Source: Betaproteobacteria bacterium RIFCSPLOWO2_02_FULL_63_19
Lineage (GTDB): Bacteria; Pseudomonadota; Gammaproteobacteria; Burkholderiales; SG8-39
DNA: 64,000 nucleotides
NCBI GenBank assembly: GCA_001770415.1
Contig: MEQX01000024.1
Location: forward strand, 10,983 to 74,982
Reading direction: 5' to 3'
A program made the translations under genes and the position numbers. Within the stretch, counting starts at the first letter, position 1. Every line of letters begins with the position of its first letter. Below the pieces are notes generated by a model. The model saw only the letters and a program-made list of their open reading frames with translations. It did no database searches and had not been told where the DNA came from. Shown here one piece after another: positions 1 through 9,276 of this stretch.

Positions 1-83
1 CGACTGATCGCCCGGAGGTTCCGGGGCACAGGGTCGGGAAACTCTGATAAGCTTTTCGCGCATCACCAACAGAGGGGGAGAAA

Positions 84-1247
84 ATGATCAAGACGATATC
101 AAGACAATTCAATTGGCTCGGTGCAGTTGCGATCGCGGTCCTGTGCATGGCCGCAGGTATCGCGCAGGCGCAGGTCAAGTTGCCGCCCACCGTGAGCTGG
201 TCGACCTATGGAGTGGGCACGGGCTCGTACAACGAGGCGGTGGCGCAGGCCGCGGGCATCAAGAAAAGGTACCGGACGGACCTTCGTTTGCTGCCGACCC
301 GCAACGACATCTCGAAAATCGCCCCGTTGCGATCAGGGGCCGTGGATTTCTCGGCGATGGGCAGCGGCGTGCTCTTCACCCAGGAGGGCGTCTATGACTT
401 CGCGAACCAGTCCTGGGGACCGCAAAAGGTGATGCTGCTCGGGATAAACCTGTTCCCCGCGCACGTCGGCTTCTTCACCTCGGCGAAGGGCGGAATCAAG
501 CAGGTGTCGGACCTGCGCGGAAAGCGCGTGCCGTACGTGAGAGGTGCGCCGACGCTGCAGGAAGTGATGCGCGGCATACTTGCCTTCGGCGGCCTCACCT
601 TCAAAGACGTCACGCTCGTCGAGGTGGCGGGCTTCATCGCGAACATCCAGGCCTTCACCCAGGGCCAGACCGACATCGCCATCGCCAATACGCTGTCCCC
701 GGTATCCAAGCGCGGAGACGCCTCGCCCTATGGACCGGTCTACTGGCCGCCGTTCCCGCACGACGACGACGCGGCATGGGAGCGATTGCAGAAGATTCTG
801 CCGTACGCGAAGAAGATCGTAACCTCGCAGGGCACGCGGATCCCCAAGAATTTCCAGGGCATCACCTACGCGCTGCCGGTCCTCATCGCCTATGACAGGA
901 AGGGTAATGACATTGTCTACAACATGACCAAGGCGGTGTTCGAGAGTTATCCGGATTACAAGGATGCCCTGGCGAGCGCCAAGGGGTGGAGGCTCACGTC
1001 CGACTCGTTCGACTATCCGATACCGGTGCACCCGGGCGCGGTCCGCTTCTACAAGGAGAAAGGCCTGTGGAAGCCGGAAAACGACCGGAACAATGCCAAG
1101 CTGGTCAAGCGCCAGCAGGTACTCGCCGAGGCATGGAAGGCCGCGATAACCAACAAGGGAATGGCTGACGACGCGTTCAGGATCGCGTGGTTGAGGACGC
1201 GAGCCGACTATCTCGAGAAGGCCGGGTTTGACCCGATATGGCGGTAG
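84..1247 (+). CDS. TAXI-family TRAP transporter solute-binding protein
   Basis: Signal peptide (..AAGIAQAQ); TAXI-type motifs WSTYGVGTGSY, DLRGKRVP, PIPVHPGAVRFYKEKGLW; next to a fused TRAP permease. Confidence 0.9.
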   Translation: MIKTISRQFNWLGAVAIAVLCMAAGIAQAQVKLPPTVSWSTYGVGTGSYNEAVAQAAGIKKRYRTDLRLLPTRNDISKIAPLRSGAVDFSAMGSGVLFTQEGVYDFANQSWGPQKVMLLGINLFPAHVGFFTSAKGGIKQVSDLRGKRVPYVRGAPTLQEVMRGILAFGGLTFKDVTLVEVAGFIANIQAFTQGQTDIAIANTLSPVSKRGDASPYGPVYWPPFPHDDDAAWERLQKILPYAKKIVTSQGTRIPKNFQGITYALPVLIAYDRKGNDIVYNMTKAVFESYPDYKDALASAKGWRLTSDSFDYPIPVHPGAVRFYKEKGLWKPENDRNNAKLVKRQQVLAEAWKAAITNKGMADDAFRIAWLRTRADYLEKAGFDPIWR

Positions 1248-3232
1248 CCGGGTTTGCGGGGAAGCTGGCGAGCGCCGAGGTCTGGCGCCATCGTCAGCTT
1301 TCTCCGTACTGGCGCGGGCTGCTGTGCGTGTCCGCGGGCTCGACGGTACTGCTTGCAATCAACCAGATACTCAATCTGCACTTCTTTGCCGACGTCGTCC
1401 TGATCGACAACCGGTACTACCTTCTGACGCTCGCGCTGCTGTTTCCGTTCGTTTTCATCCTGTTTCCGATTCGGCGCAAGGGGCCGTACGACCGGGTTCC
1501 CTGGTACGACATCGTGCTGGCGCTGATCGCCTTCTCGATCCTGCTGTCGCTGTCATGGTTCGCCGAGCGCGCGGAAGCGGAAGCCTGGGAATTCGCTGCG
1601 CCGACCGGCATCATGGTCATGTGCTACATCTTGTGGGCAATGCTGCTGGACGGGGCGCGCCGGGCCGGCGGGCTGGCCATTTTCTGCGTTGTCCTGCTCG
1701 TGTCGCTCTACCCGATTTTCGCGGACAAGATGCCGATGCCCTTCACGGGACTGGCGTTCACTTTTTCACGTAGCGCGACATACCACATCATCAGTTCCGA
1801 AAGCCTGCTCGGCATTCCGACCCGGGCCTTTGCCAACATCGTGCTCGGCTTCATCGTGTTCGGAGCGGCGCTGCAACACAGCGGTGCCGGCAAGTTCTTC
1901 ATGGACTTCGCGTTCGCGCTGCTCGGCCACGTCCGCGGCGGCCCGGCGAAGGTGGCGATTTTCTCCAGCGGCCTGCTCGGCTCGCTCAGCGGCAGCGTCA
2001 CCACCAACGTGCTGACCACCGGAACGCTGACCATTCCGGCGATGAAGCGCATGGGGTTCTCTGCAAGTTACGCTGCTGGCGTCGAAGCTTGTGCCTCGAC
2101 CGGCGGCGTCCTGATGCCACCGATCATGGGTGCTACGGCCTTTGTCATGGCGGCATTCCTGAACGTGCCCTATCTCGACGTCGCCGTCGCCGCCATCATA
2201 CCTTCGCTGCTTTATTTCTTCGGCCTGTTCGTCGCGATCGACGCCTATTCGGCGCGGCGCGGACTCAAAGGCATGCCGCGTGCCGAGCTGCCGAACCTCG
2301 CGGTCGCGATCAAAGAGGGCTGGCAATATATCTTCGTCTTTGCCTTTCTGATCTACATGCTCGCCATCGAGCAGCAGGAAATTCTCGCGCCCTATTACTC
2401 GACGGTGCTGCTGATCGTGATCAACCAGATCATGCCGCACACGCGCTGGCGCCTGGTCGATTTCATGCGCTTTGTCGACGGGGCGGGACGGCTGTTCATC
2501 GAATTGGTCGGCGTCCTTGCCGCGGTAGGGCTGGTGGTCGGCGCGCTGACGATGACCGGGACGGCCGCGAGTTTCACGAACGATCTGATGCTGCTTTCCG
2601 GAAACAACCCTTACGTGCTGCTGGTTGCAGGCGCCGCCATCTGTTTCGTGCTCGGCATCGGCTTGACGGTCACCGCCGCTTACATTTTTCTGGCGGTCGT
2701 GTTCGCTCCCGGGATGATCGCGAGCGGATTCGACCCGCTTGCGATACATCTGTTCCTGCTCTACTGGGGCATGCTTTCCTTCATCACGCCGCCGGTGGCG
2801 ATCGGGGCGTTCGCGGCTGCGGCGCTCGCCGAGGCCGACGGTATGAAGACCGGGTTCCAGGCGATGCGGCTGGGCGCCATCCTCTACTTCATCCCGTTCT
2901 TTTTCGTGCTGAACCCCGCGATGATCTTCCATGGCTCGTGGACAAGCGTGATCCTGGTGACGGTCACGGCTTTCGTGGGCGTGGTGTTTATCGCCGCGGC
3001 GTTGCAAGGCTACCTGCTCGGTGTCGGACCGCTTACCGGCGGGGTGCTGGCCGTTGCAAGCCGGGTACTGCTGCTCATCGGCGGTCTTCTGTTCGCGATG
3101 CCTGGCGGCGGCAGGCTCGGCTACTCGAATATCGAGTTCGCGATGATGGCGCTCGTGGTCTCCGGCCTCGGCATCCTGGCCGCCTTTCTTCTGAATCGCG
3201 GACGATCCGCGCGAATTGCCGCAAAGGGCTAG
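1238..3232 (+). CDS. TRAP transporter fused permease (4TM/12TM, DctQM-type)
   Basis: 664 aa polytopic protein with RGGPAKVAIFSS, EACASTGGVLMPPIMGATAFVMA, GIGLTVTAAYI, LSFITPPVA. Confidence 0.92.
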   Translation: MAVAGFAGKLASAEVWRHRQLSPYWRGLLCVSAGSTVLLAINQILNLHFFADVVLIDNRYYLLTLALLFPFVFILFPIRRKGPYDRVPWYDIVLALIAFSILLSLSWFAERAEAEAWEFAAPTGIMVMCYILWAMLLDGARRAGGLAIFCVVLLVSLYPIFADKMPMPFTGLAFTFSRSATYHIISSESLLGIPTRAFANIVLGFIVFGAALQHSGAGKFFMDFAFALLGHVRGGPAKVAIFSSGLLGSLSGSVTTNVLTTGTLTIPAMKRMGFSASYAAGVEACASTGGVLMPPIMGATAFVMAAFLNVPYLDVAVAAIIPSLLYFFGLFVAIDAYSARRGLKGMPRAELPNLAVAIKEGWQYIFVFAFLIYMLAIEQQEILAPYYSTVLLIVINQIMPHTRWRLVDFMRFVDGAGRLFIELVGVLAAVGLVVGALTMTGTAASFTNDLMLLSGNNPYVLLVAGAAICFVLGIGLTVTAAYIFLAVVFAPGMIASGFDPLAIHLFLLYWGMLSFITPPVAIGAFAAAALAEADGMKTGFQAMRLGAILYFIPFFFVLNPAMIFHGSWTSVILVTVTAFVGVVFIAAALQGYLLGVGPLTGGVLAVASRVLLLIGGLLFAMPGGGRLGYSNIEFAMMALVVSGLGILAAFLLNRGRSARIAAKG

Positions 3233-3289
3233 GCCCCCGCTTGCGCCGAAGCCGGCGCATCGACGCTCGCGCGGCCGTCAAGCGCCATG

Positions 3290-4522
3290 TCAGTGCATGA
3301 TCTCGTCCGAGGGCCTGACGATGTAGACGCCGTGATTCTTGTCCGAAATGTAGATGTTGCCGCGGGCATCGACGATCAAATCTTCGGACTGGGGCGTCAT
3401 GGTTTTCGGAAAGATCCCGCGGCGCTGCCGCGGAACCGGCGGCACGAAATAGCCGACCTCGCGCGGCATCACGGGGTCGGAGATATCGAAGATGCGCAGC
3501 CCGGCGTTGAACCAGGTCATGAACAACAGATCGTCGCGGTCCAGCAACGCGCGCTGATGCTGGGGTTGATGCTGATTGTGCGGGCCGAACCTGCCGCCGA
3601 ATTCACAGAAGTTCCGGAACGGGGCTCCTGGCGGAGCCGCCGGCGTGGGCAGGATGGAAACCAACCGAGGCGCTTCTTCCTTCGAGACGTCGACGAGGCC
3701 AGCAAAGCACAAAGCTTCGTCGCAGTTCTCCCGGATCGCCTCCGAATTGGCAGCCACCAGGCGACGCGACGGAAATGGAATCGCGGAATGGATGCCGAAC
3801 AGTGCCATGAACGGCGGTGACACGCGGAAGCCGCTGACAAATTTCGGCTTCGCATAATCCGAGATGTCGAGGATCACCATGCCGGCGCCGCGGTAGGGCA
3901 GGTACGCACGCTCGCCCTCGACATAAGGTCCGCCGTGCAACGACGAGAACGGCGGCGCTCCCGATTCGCCGCCGGCCTTCCATTGACCCGGCACCCACCA
4001 GCGACCGACCTCGGCCGGAACCTCGGGATCGCCGATATCCACGATCCGGTAGATCCGTCCCTCGTAACCCGGCGCGCCCGCCGTGAGGTGCGCGTAGCGA
4101 CCGCCGTCGTAATAATTGCGATGCGTACCGGTAGCGCCGGTCTTGAAGTGGCCGCGCCGCACCGGGTCTTCCGGATCGCTCAGATCCCAGATATAGATTC
4201 CCTCCTCGTAGCCTTTCCTGGGGTCGCCACCCCATTCCGCGGGAATCTGCTCCAGGCCGGTGATCATTCGGCCGTCGGCCACCTGGATTTGAAGCGTCCA
4301 GGTATTCGGCGGTCCGTCGATGAACCGCACGAGCTTTGGCGCGGTTGGGTCGGTCACCTCGACAATCGACCAGCCGCGGTGCCAAAGGTGCGCGATGTAC
4401 AGGTACCAGCGTCCGCCGGTCTCCAGAATCTGCAACTTGAACGCGGGCTTGGCATCCAGATCGTGATAGCCGACGAGCTCTACGTTTTGGCGCCATGATT
4501 CACCGCGCGGGAACGCATTCAT
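3290..4522 (-). CDS. LVIVD-repeat beta-propeller protein, no signal peptide
   Basis: Repeated units WSIVEVTDP, IYIWDLSDP, YRIVDIGDP, MVILDISD, LRIFDISDPVMPREVGYF. Confidence 0.8.
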   Translation of the reverse strand: MNAFPRGESWRQNVELVGYHDLDAKPAFKLQILETGGRWYLYIAHLWHRGWSIVEVTDPTAPKLVRFIDGPPNTWTLQIQVADGRMITGLEQIPAEWGGDPRKGYEEGIYIWDLSDPEDPVRRGHFKTGATGTHRNYYDGGRYAHLTAGAPGYEGRIYRIVDIGDPEVPAEVGRWWVPGQWKAGGESGAPPFSSLHGGPYVEGERAYLPYRGAGMVILDISDYAKPKFVSGFRVSPPFMALFGIHSAIPFPSRRLVAANSEAIRENCDEALCFAGLVDVSKEEAPRLVSILPTPAAPPGAPFRNFCEFGGRFGPHNQHQPQHQRALLDRDDLLFMTWFNAGLRIFDISDPVMPREVGYFVPPVPRQRRGIFPKTMTPQSEDLIVDARGNIYISDKNHGVYIVRPSDEIMH

Positions 4523-4577
4523 GACCCTGTCCTCCTATGCCGCTGCAATCGGCGATTCTGAACATGACCGCCATGTC

Positions 4578-6623
4578 CTAGAGCGAGGGGATGAACTCGC
4601 GCATTTCGGGAAACAACACGCGCGGCAGCGCGCGCGGCCAGGCTAGGTGCAGCACCCGATCAAACAAGAAGTAGCAAAACAAAGTCAGTCCTGCCGCAGA
4701 CCCGAGAATCAGTCCCCAGCGCTCGCGGCCTTCGATCCACATGTACAGCACAACGAACGCGAAAGTCGCAGGCAACATGCCTACCAGTCCTGTAAGCGCG
4801 AGATAGGCGAGCAGCCACGCGAGGAACGCCGCGGCCCGCGCGGCCACCGTGCGCGGGTCCAGCCCTGCATCGGCGACGCGCAGGTCCATCGGCCCGCGCC
4901 GTTGCGCGACCGCACCCGATTCCGGGTCGGACGGCCTTCGGAACGTGAAATCGAGAAGGCTCGCCACCAGAATGAACAGGGACAGGCCGCCCACGATCAG
5001 CGGAACGAGCTTCGCGTTCAGGCGCCATCGCGTCGCGAAGAACAGCGCCACCGCGAACAACACGATCAGAAACAGGTAGAAGATCGTGTTCGCGTCGACG
5101 CGCGGAGAACTCCGGTAGTCCGAGAAGCTGGAAATGCGTCCCGACGCGCGAAAGTCCCTCCACAACGGGCGCAGGAATCCCCAGGCGGCCAGCGCGAACA
5201 GCGCCAGCACGATCGGGTTGCTCAGCCATTCCCAACCGTAGCGCGCGTGCGAAATGAACAGGTAACGTTCAACCGTCTTGCCCAGCACGAAGCCCAGAAT
5301 CAATGGCGGGCGCGGCCAGCCCAGTCGCTTCATCGTCCAGCCCAGGACCCCGAACAGGACGAGTGTGACCAGATCGCCCCAGTTGTGCGAACCCTGGAAC
5401 GCGCCGATCATCAGCACCGCAATGATCAACGGCAGGATTACGGGCCCGCGGATCAGCGCAATCTTCGCGAACTGATTGGAAAATGCGAAACAGATGCCAG
5501 CGCCCATGATGTTGGCCAGCGCCACGCTCCACACCATCGCGTAGGTCACATCGAGGTGCTTGCCGAGCATATCCGGGCCGGGCTGCAGCCCGTGGATCAG
5601 AAACACGCCCAGCAGGATCGCCATCGACGCGGATCCCGGCACTCCGAAAGCGATGGTCGGAACCAGCGAACCGCCTTCCTTGGCGTTATTCGACCCCTCC
5701 GAGGCGAGCACACCGCGTATGTCCCCTTTACCGAACGTCTCGGCCGCTCCTTTTTCCGTGCGTAGCGCGTGCCCATAGGCGATCCAGTCGATCACGGCCG
5801 CGCCAATGCCCGGGATCGCGCCGAGCGCCGCGCCAAGCCAGGACACGCGGATCACCAGCCACCAGTGCGTGAACACGTCCTTTACGCCCTGCCACTGTCC
5901 GGCGCGCGAATCGATCTTGGCGCCGCCCGCGATCGAGCGGCGCGCGATCGCCATATCCGCGAGTTCGGGAATAGCGAACAGGCCCAGCGTCACCGGCACC
6001 AGCGGGAGCTTGTCCCACAAATAGAGCGTGTCGAGGGTCCACCGCAGCGTGCCCGTTTGCGGGTCCGCGCCGATCAGCGCCAGAAGGATTCCGAAACCCG
6101 CCATGGTCAGGCCGCGCAACGGCGTGCCAGCGCTCAGCGCGGCGACCATGCACAGTCCGAACACCGCGAAGGCAAGCAGTTGAGGCGAGCCGATGTGCAG
6201 CATCACCGGCCGCAGAATCGGAATGCTCACCGCGAGCAGCAACGCGCCGAATACGCCGCCGACCAGCGAAGCCGTGTAGGCTGCGCCAAGCGCTCGACCC
6301 GCCTGACCCTGCTTGGCGAGCGGATGGCCGTCGAGCACGGTGGCCGCCGAGCCGGTTGTCCCCGGTACGCCGAAAAGAACGGCCGGAATCGTATCGGACG
6401 TCGTGGTTACCGATCCCATGCCTAGCAGCATGCCGAACGCGGCATAGGGATCCATCGAAAACGTGAACGGCAGCAGCAACGCCATGCCGACGATGCCGCC
6501 CAGCCCGGGAATCACGCCCAGTGCCAGGCCGATCAGGACCCCGGTGCCCAGGAACATCAGCCGCAACGGGTCCGACATGATCAGGATCGCGCGGCCCGCG
6601 GCCGAAAGCATTTCAAATTCCAT
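4578..6623 (-). CDS. tctA: Tripartite tricarboxylate transporter permease TctA with fused C-terminal TctB-like domain
   Basis: TctA motifs GVPGTTGSAATVLDGHPLAKQGQAGRALG and EGSNNAKEGGSLVPTIAFGVPGS; extra ~190 aa ending in TctB-like FLFDRVLHLAWP. Confidence 0.85.
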   Translation of the reverse strand: MEFEMLSAAGRAILIMSDPLRLMFLGTGVLIGLALGVIPGLGGIVGMALLLPFTFSMDPYAAFGMLLGMGSVTTTSDTIPAVLFGVPGTTGSAATVLDGHPLAKQGQAGRALGAAYTASLVGGVFGALLLAVSIPILRPVMLHIGSPQLLAFAVFGLCMVAALSAGTPLRGLTMAGFGILLALIGADPQTGTLRWTLDTLYLWDKLPLVPVTLGLFAIPELADMAIARRSIAGGAKIDSRAGQWQGVKDVFTHWWLVIRVSWLGAALGAIPGIGAAVIDWIAYGHALRTEKGAAETFGKGDIRGVLASEGSNNAKEGGSLVPTIAFGVPGSASMAILLGVFLIHGLQPGPDMLGKHLDVTYAMVWSVALANIMGAGICFAFSNQFAKIALIRGPVILPLIIAVLMIGAFQGSHNWGDLVTLVLFGVLGWTMKRLGWPRPPLILGFVLGKTVERYLFISHARYGWEWLSNPIVLALFALAAWGFLRPLWRDFRASGRISSFSDYRSSPRVDANTIFYLFLIVLFAVALFFATRWRLNAKLVPLIVGGLSLFILVASLLDFTFRRPSDPESGAVAQRRGPMDLRVADAGLDPRTVAARAAAFLAWLLAYLALTGLVGMLPATFAFVVLYMWIEGRERWGLILGSAAGLTLFCYFLFDRVLHLAWPRALPRVLFPEMREFIPSL

Positions 6624-6741
6624 GGCGCCGCCGTAGAGTGATGTGCTTCCTAGAAGCCGTCCCGAAGGGAGCCGAGGTCCCGCAATCCGGACTCAGGTGC
6701 CACCGAGGAGCACCCGAGTCAGGTGCTTCAGGCCACGGGTT

Positions 6742-8031
6742 TCAACTGCAGGAAATCGACTTCGCCTTGGTACCAACGTAGACAAACTCGCAACTCATTC
6801 CCTTCTTGAGTTGCTTGCGCTTTGCCTTGGCCCCACCGATGGTGACCTTGGTGCCGCTCCCGCTGACGCCGAGTTTCCCCTTCGTTCCACTGCCTTTGAA
6901 GCTCACCGTGCGACCGTCGTTCTTGACGTCGGTGATCATGCCGGTCGCCTTCATTTCCTTGAGCACGACCTTCGAGATCTGGATTCTGTCTTCCTTGTTG
7001 GTCGCCTCACGCGCCATGTTGACTACCTGGAGAGGGGCCTGGTACATCTTGGAAATCATCTCGGCGATCCTGGGCCCGGAAATCGGATTGATCTCGAGTT
7101 TCTGCTTCTTCGCGTCGGCGAGGAACGCGGGGTCCTTGGTGACCGCCATGAAACTGTCCTGCAGCGCTTTGACGCGGTCCGCAGGCACTCCGGGCGGCGC
7201 GAGGAACGGCCGGCCCCACGCTTGGCGCGCATAGATGAACTCGAGCACCTGCTTTTGCTCGTCATTCTCGGCGAGGTCCATGACGAACGGCACGTTGGGA
7301 ATGTCCGGATGCTTCTCCGTGGACATCTGCACGAGCACGTTGATCGTCTTGTCGCGCAGCCAGTCGCTATGCATCGTCTTCACGCTCGACCATGAATAGC
7401 CGCAGCGTCCCTCGAGTTCACCCTTTTCCATTGCGAACAGCACGTCCGTGCCGCCCGGATAGCCCGTAACCAGCTTGAGCTTGGTGCCGAGCACGTTGTT
7501 CAGCACCTTGGGGAACGTATCGGTGTCCGCACCCTCGCCGGTACCGCCGACGATCATTCCGCGGGTCTTGAGATCCGCGAATTTCGTGATGCCCGTCTTG
7601 GCCCACGAGACGCACACGCTCACCTCGTTGTTGGCGCTGCCGATCCAGGTAAACTTGTTGGACTGGAACTTGGCCTGGTCATTGCCGAGCAGTTTTTCCT
7701 GCGGCATGCCGCGGCCGATCACGCCGAGCGCGGTGCCGTCTTTGGGCAGAATGTTGTACAGTTCGTTGGCGACCAGCATGCTGCCGGCCCCGGTGCGGTT
7801 CTTGACGATGAACTCCGGATTGCCCGGCAGGTGTTTGCCCCAGTGCCGCGCGAACGTGCGTGCATACACGTCGTAGCCGCCACCCGGGGAATACCCGACC
7901 CAGATGGTGACGGTCTTGCCCCTGTAGAAATCGGACACCGAGTCGGCAGCAACGGGACCCGCTGCGGCGATCGCAGCCAATCCGAGTACGGCCAGCGCGG
8001 CGGACCACTTATTTTGATTCGCGAAAGTCAT
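6742..8031 (-). CDS. tctC: TctC/Bug-family periplasmic binding protein with ~80 aa C-terminal extension
   Basis: Signal peptide; FYRGKTVTIWVGYSPGGGYDVYAR, GYPGGTDVLFAMEKGELEG, PPGVPADRVKAL. Confidence 0.85.
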   Translation of the reverse strand: MTFANQNKWSAALAVLGLAAIAAAGPVAADSVSDFYRGKTVTIWVGYSPGGGYDVYARTFARHWGKHLPGNPEFIVKNRTGAGSMLVANELYNILPKDGTALGVIGRGMPQEKLLGNDQAKFQSNKFTWIGSANNEVSVCVSWAKTGITKFADLKTRGMIVGGTGEGADTDTFPKVLNNVLGTKLKLVTGYPGGTDVLFAMEKGELEGRCGYSWSSVKTMHSDWLRDKTINVLVQMSTEKHPDIPNVPFVMDLAENDEQKQVLEFIYARQAWGRPFLAPPGVPADRVKALQDSFMAVTKDPAFLADAKKQKLEINPISGPRIAEMISKMYQAPLQVVNMAREATNKEDRIQISKVVLKEMKATGMITDVKNDGRTVSFKGSGTKGKLGVSGSGTKVTIGGAKAKRKQLKKGMSCEFVYVGTKAKSISCS

Positions 8032-8251
8032 GACGCCTCCTCCTCAATGAGACAACGCGATGATTTCCAAGCTGTAGGACCGGCATGCGGCCAGCACATA
8101 GGATACCTTACAATCTCCTTGCCCTTCAAACTGCGAGGATGCGGGAACGATTACCGCCGTACTTCGGCGCGCGGGCGCTTGCAACGGAAGCTGCAAAGCA
8201 ACCAAGATCGAAGACCGAATGAATTCGTAATTTTCTTGATGAGGAGGAACC

Positions 8252-9226
8252 ATGTCTCGCGCCACCATGAAGCTGTTGTTTGCCGCCGTCCTCGCCGCCA
8301 CCGCGGTCAGCGGCGAAGCGCTCGCGCAACGAGTGACCATCGTCACGAATCAGCAGGGCTCTCTCGCCTATTCGGCAGGCGCCGCGCTGGCGAAGGTCAT
8401 GAACGAAAAGCTTGGCACGCAGGCGCGGATTCAACCGACCGGAGGCTCATCGACGTTCTATCCGCTGCTTAACCGCGGCGAGGCGCAGTACGGGTTCTCC
8501 AGCGCGCTCGAGACGCTGTTCGCGCAGACGGGGACCGGCACTTACGAAGGCAAGCCGCTGCCCAATCTGCGCGTCGTCGCCGAAGTATTCGATCTGTTCC
8601 AGGCGCTGTTCGTCGCCAACGACTCGCCGGTCAAGAAACAGTCCGATATCAAGGGGCTCAAGATCGGCGGCACGTTTACCAGCCAGAAGATCGTCACCTA
8701 TACGCAGAACGCCCTGCTCGCCAACGCCGGACTCAAACCGAGCGACATGATCGAGGTGCCGGTCACCAATGCCAACGGCGCAATCAACGGTGTGGGCGCG
8801 GGCAGGATCGACACTTCGTTCGGGCCGCCGGGCTCGGGCGTGGTGCAGAATGCGCACGCCGCCCTCTCCTCGCACGGCGGCATACGGTTTCTGCCGATCG
8901 ACACCTCGCCTGAAGCGCTGCGGCGCATGCGTGAAGTAATACCGATGGCCAGCGCGTTCATGCTCAAGCCCAGGAAAAACCTCCCGGGGATACTGTCGGA
9001 AATCCCGGTCATGGCCTACCCGTTCGCGCTGGTCGCCGGCAAGGACACGCCTGACGAGCAGGTCTACCAGCTGGTAAAGATGATGTACGCAAACAAGGCG
9101 GCGCTTGCGAAAGCTTTTCCCGCATACGGCCGCTTCAATCCGAAGAACATGGCGCGAATGAAGCAGGGCGAATTCCACCCCGGCGCCATCCGGTTCTACA
9201 AGGAAGCAGGAATCTGGACGCGATAG
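8252..9226 (+). CDS. TAXI-family TRAP transporter solute-binding protein
   Basis: Signal peptide; QPTGGSS, EQVYQLVKMMYAN, FHPGAIRFYKEAGIW; RBS GAGGAGG upstream. Confidence 0.9.
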   Translation: MSRATMKLLFAAVLAATAVSGEALAQRVTIVTNQQGSLAYSAGAALAKVMNEKLGTQARIQPTGGSSTFYPLLNRGEAQYGFSSALETLFAQTGTGTYEGKPLPNLRVVAEVFDLFQALFVANDSPVKKQSDIKGLKIGGTFTSQKIVTYTQNALLANAGLKPSDMIEVPVTNANGAINGVGAGRIDTSFGPPGSGVVQNAHAALSSHGGIRFLPIDTSPEALRRMREVIPMASAFMLKPRKNLPGILSEIPVMAYPFALVAGKDTPDEQVYQLVKMMYANKAALAKAFPAYGRFNPKNMARMKQGEFHPGAIRFYKEAGIWTR

Positions 9227-9276
9227 TGGCCGCATAATCGGACTAAGCCGGTGGACCGGAAATCCCGGTACGACCG

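Noticed and set aside
8160-8185. Sigma-54 promoter before the second TAXI gene
   Set aside because: GG-N10-GC spacing not satisfied
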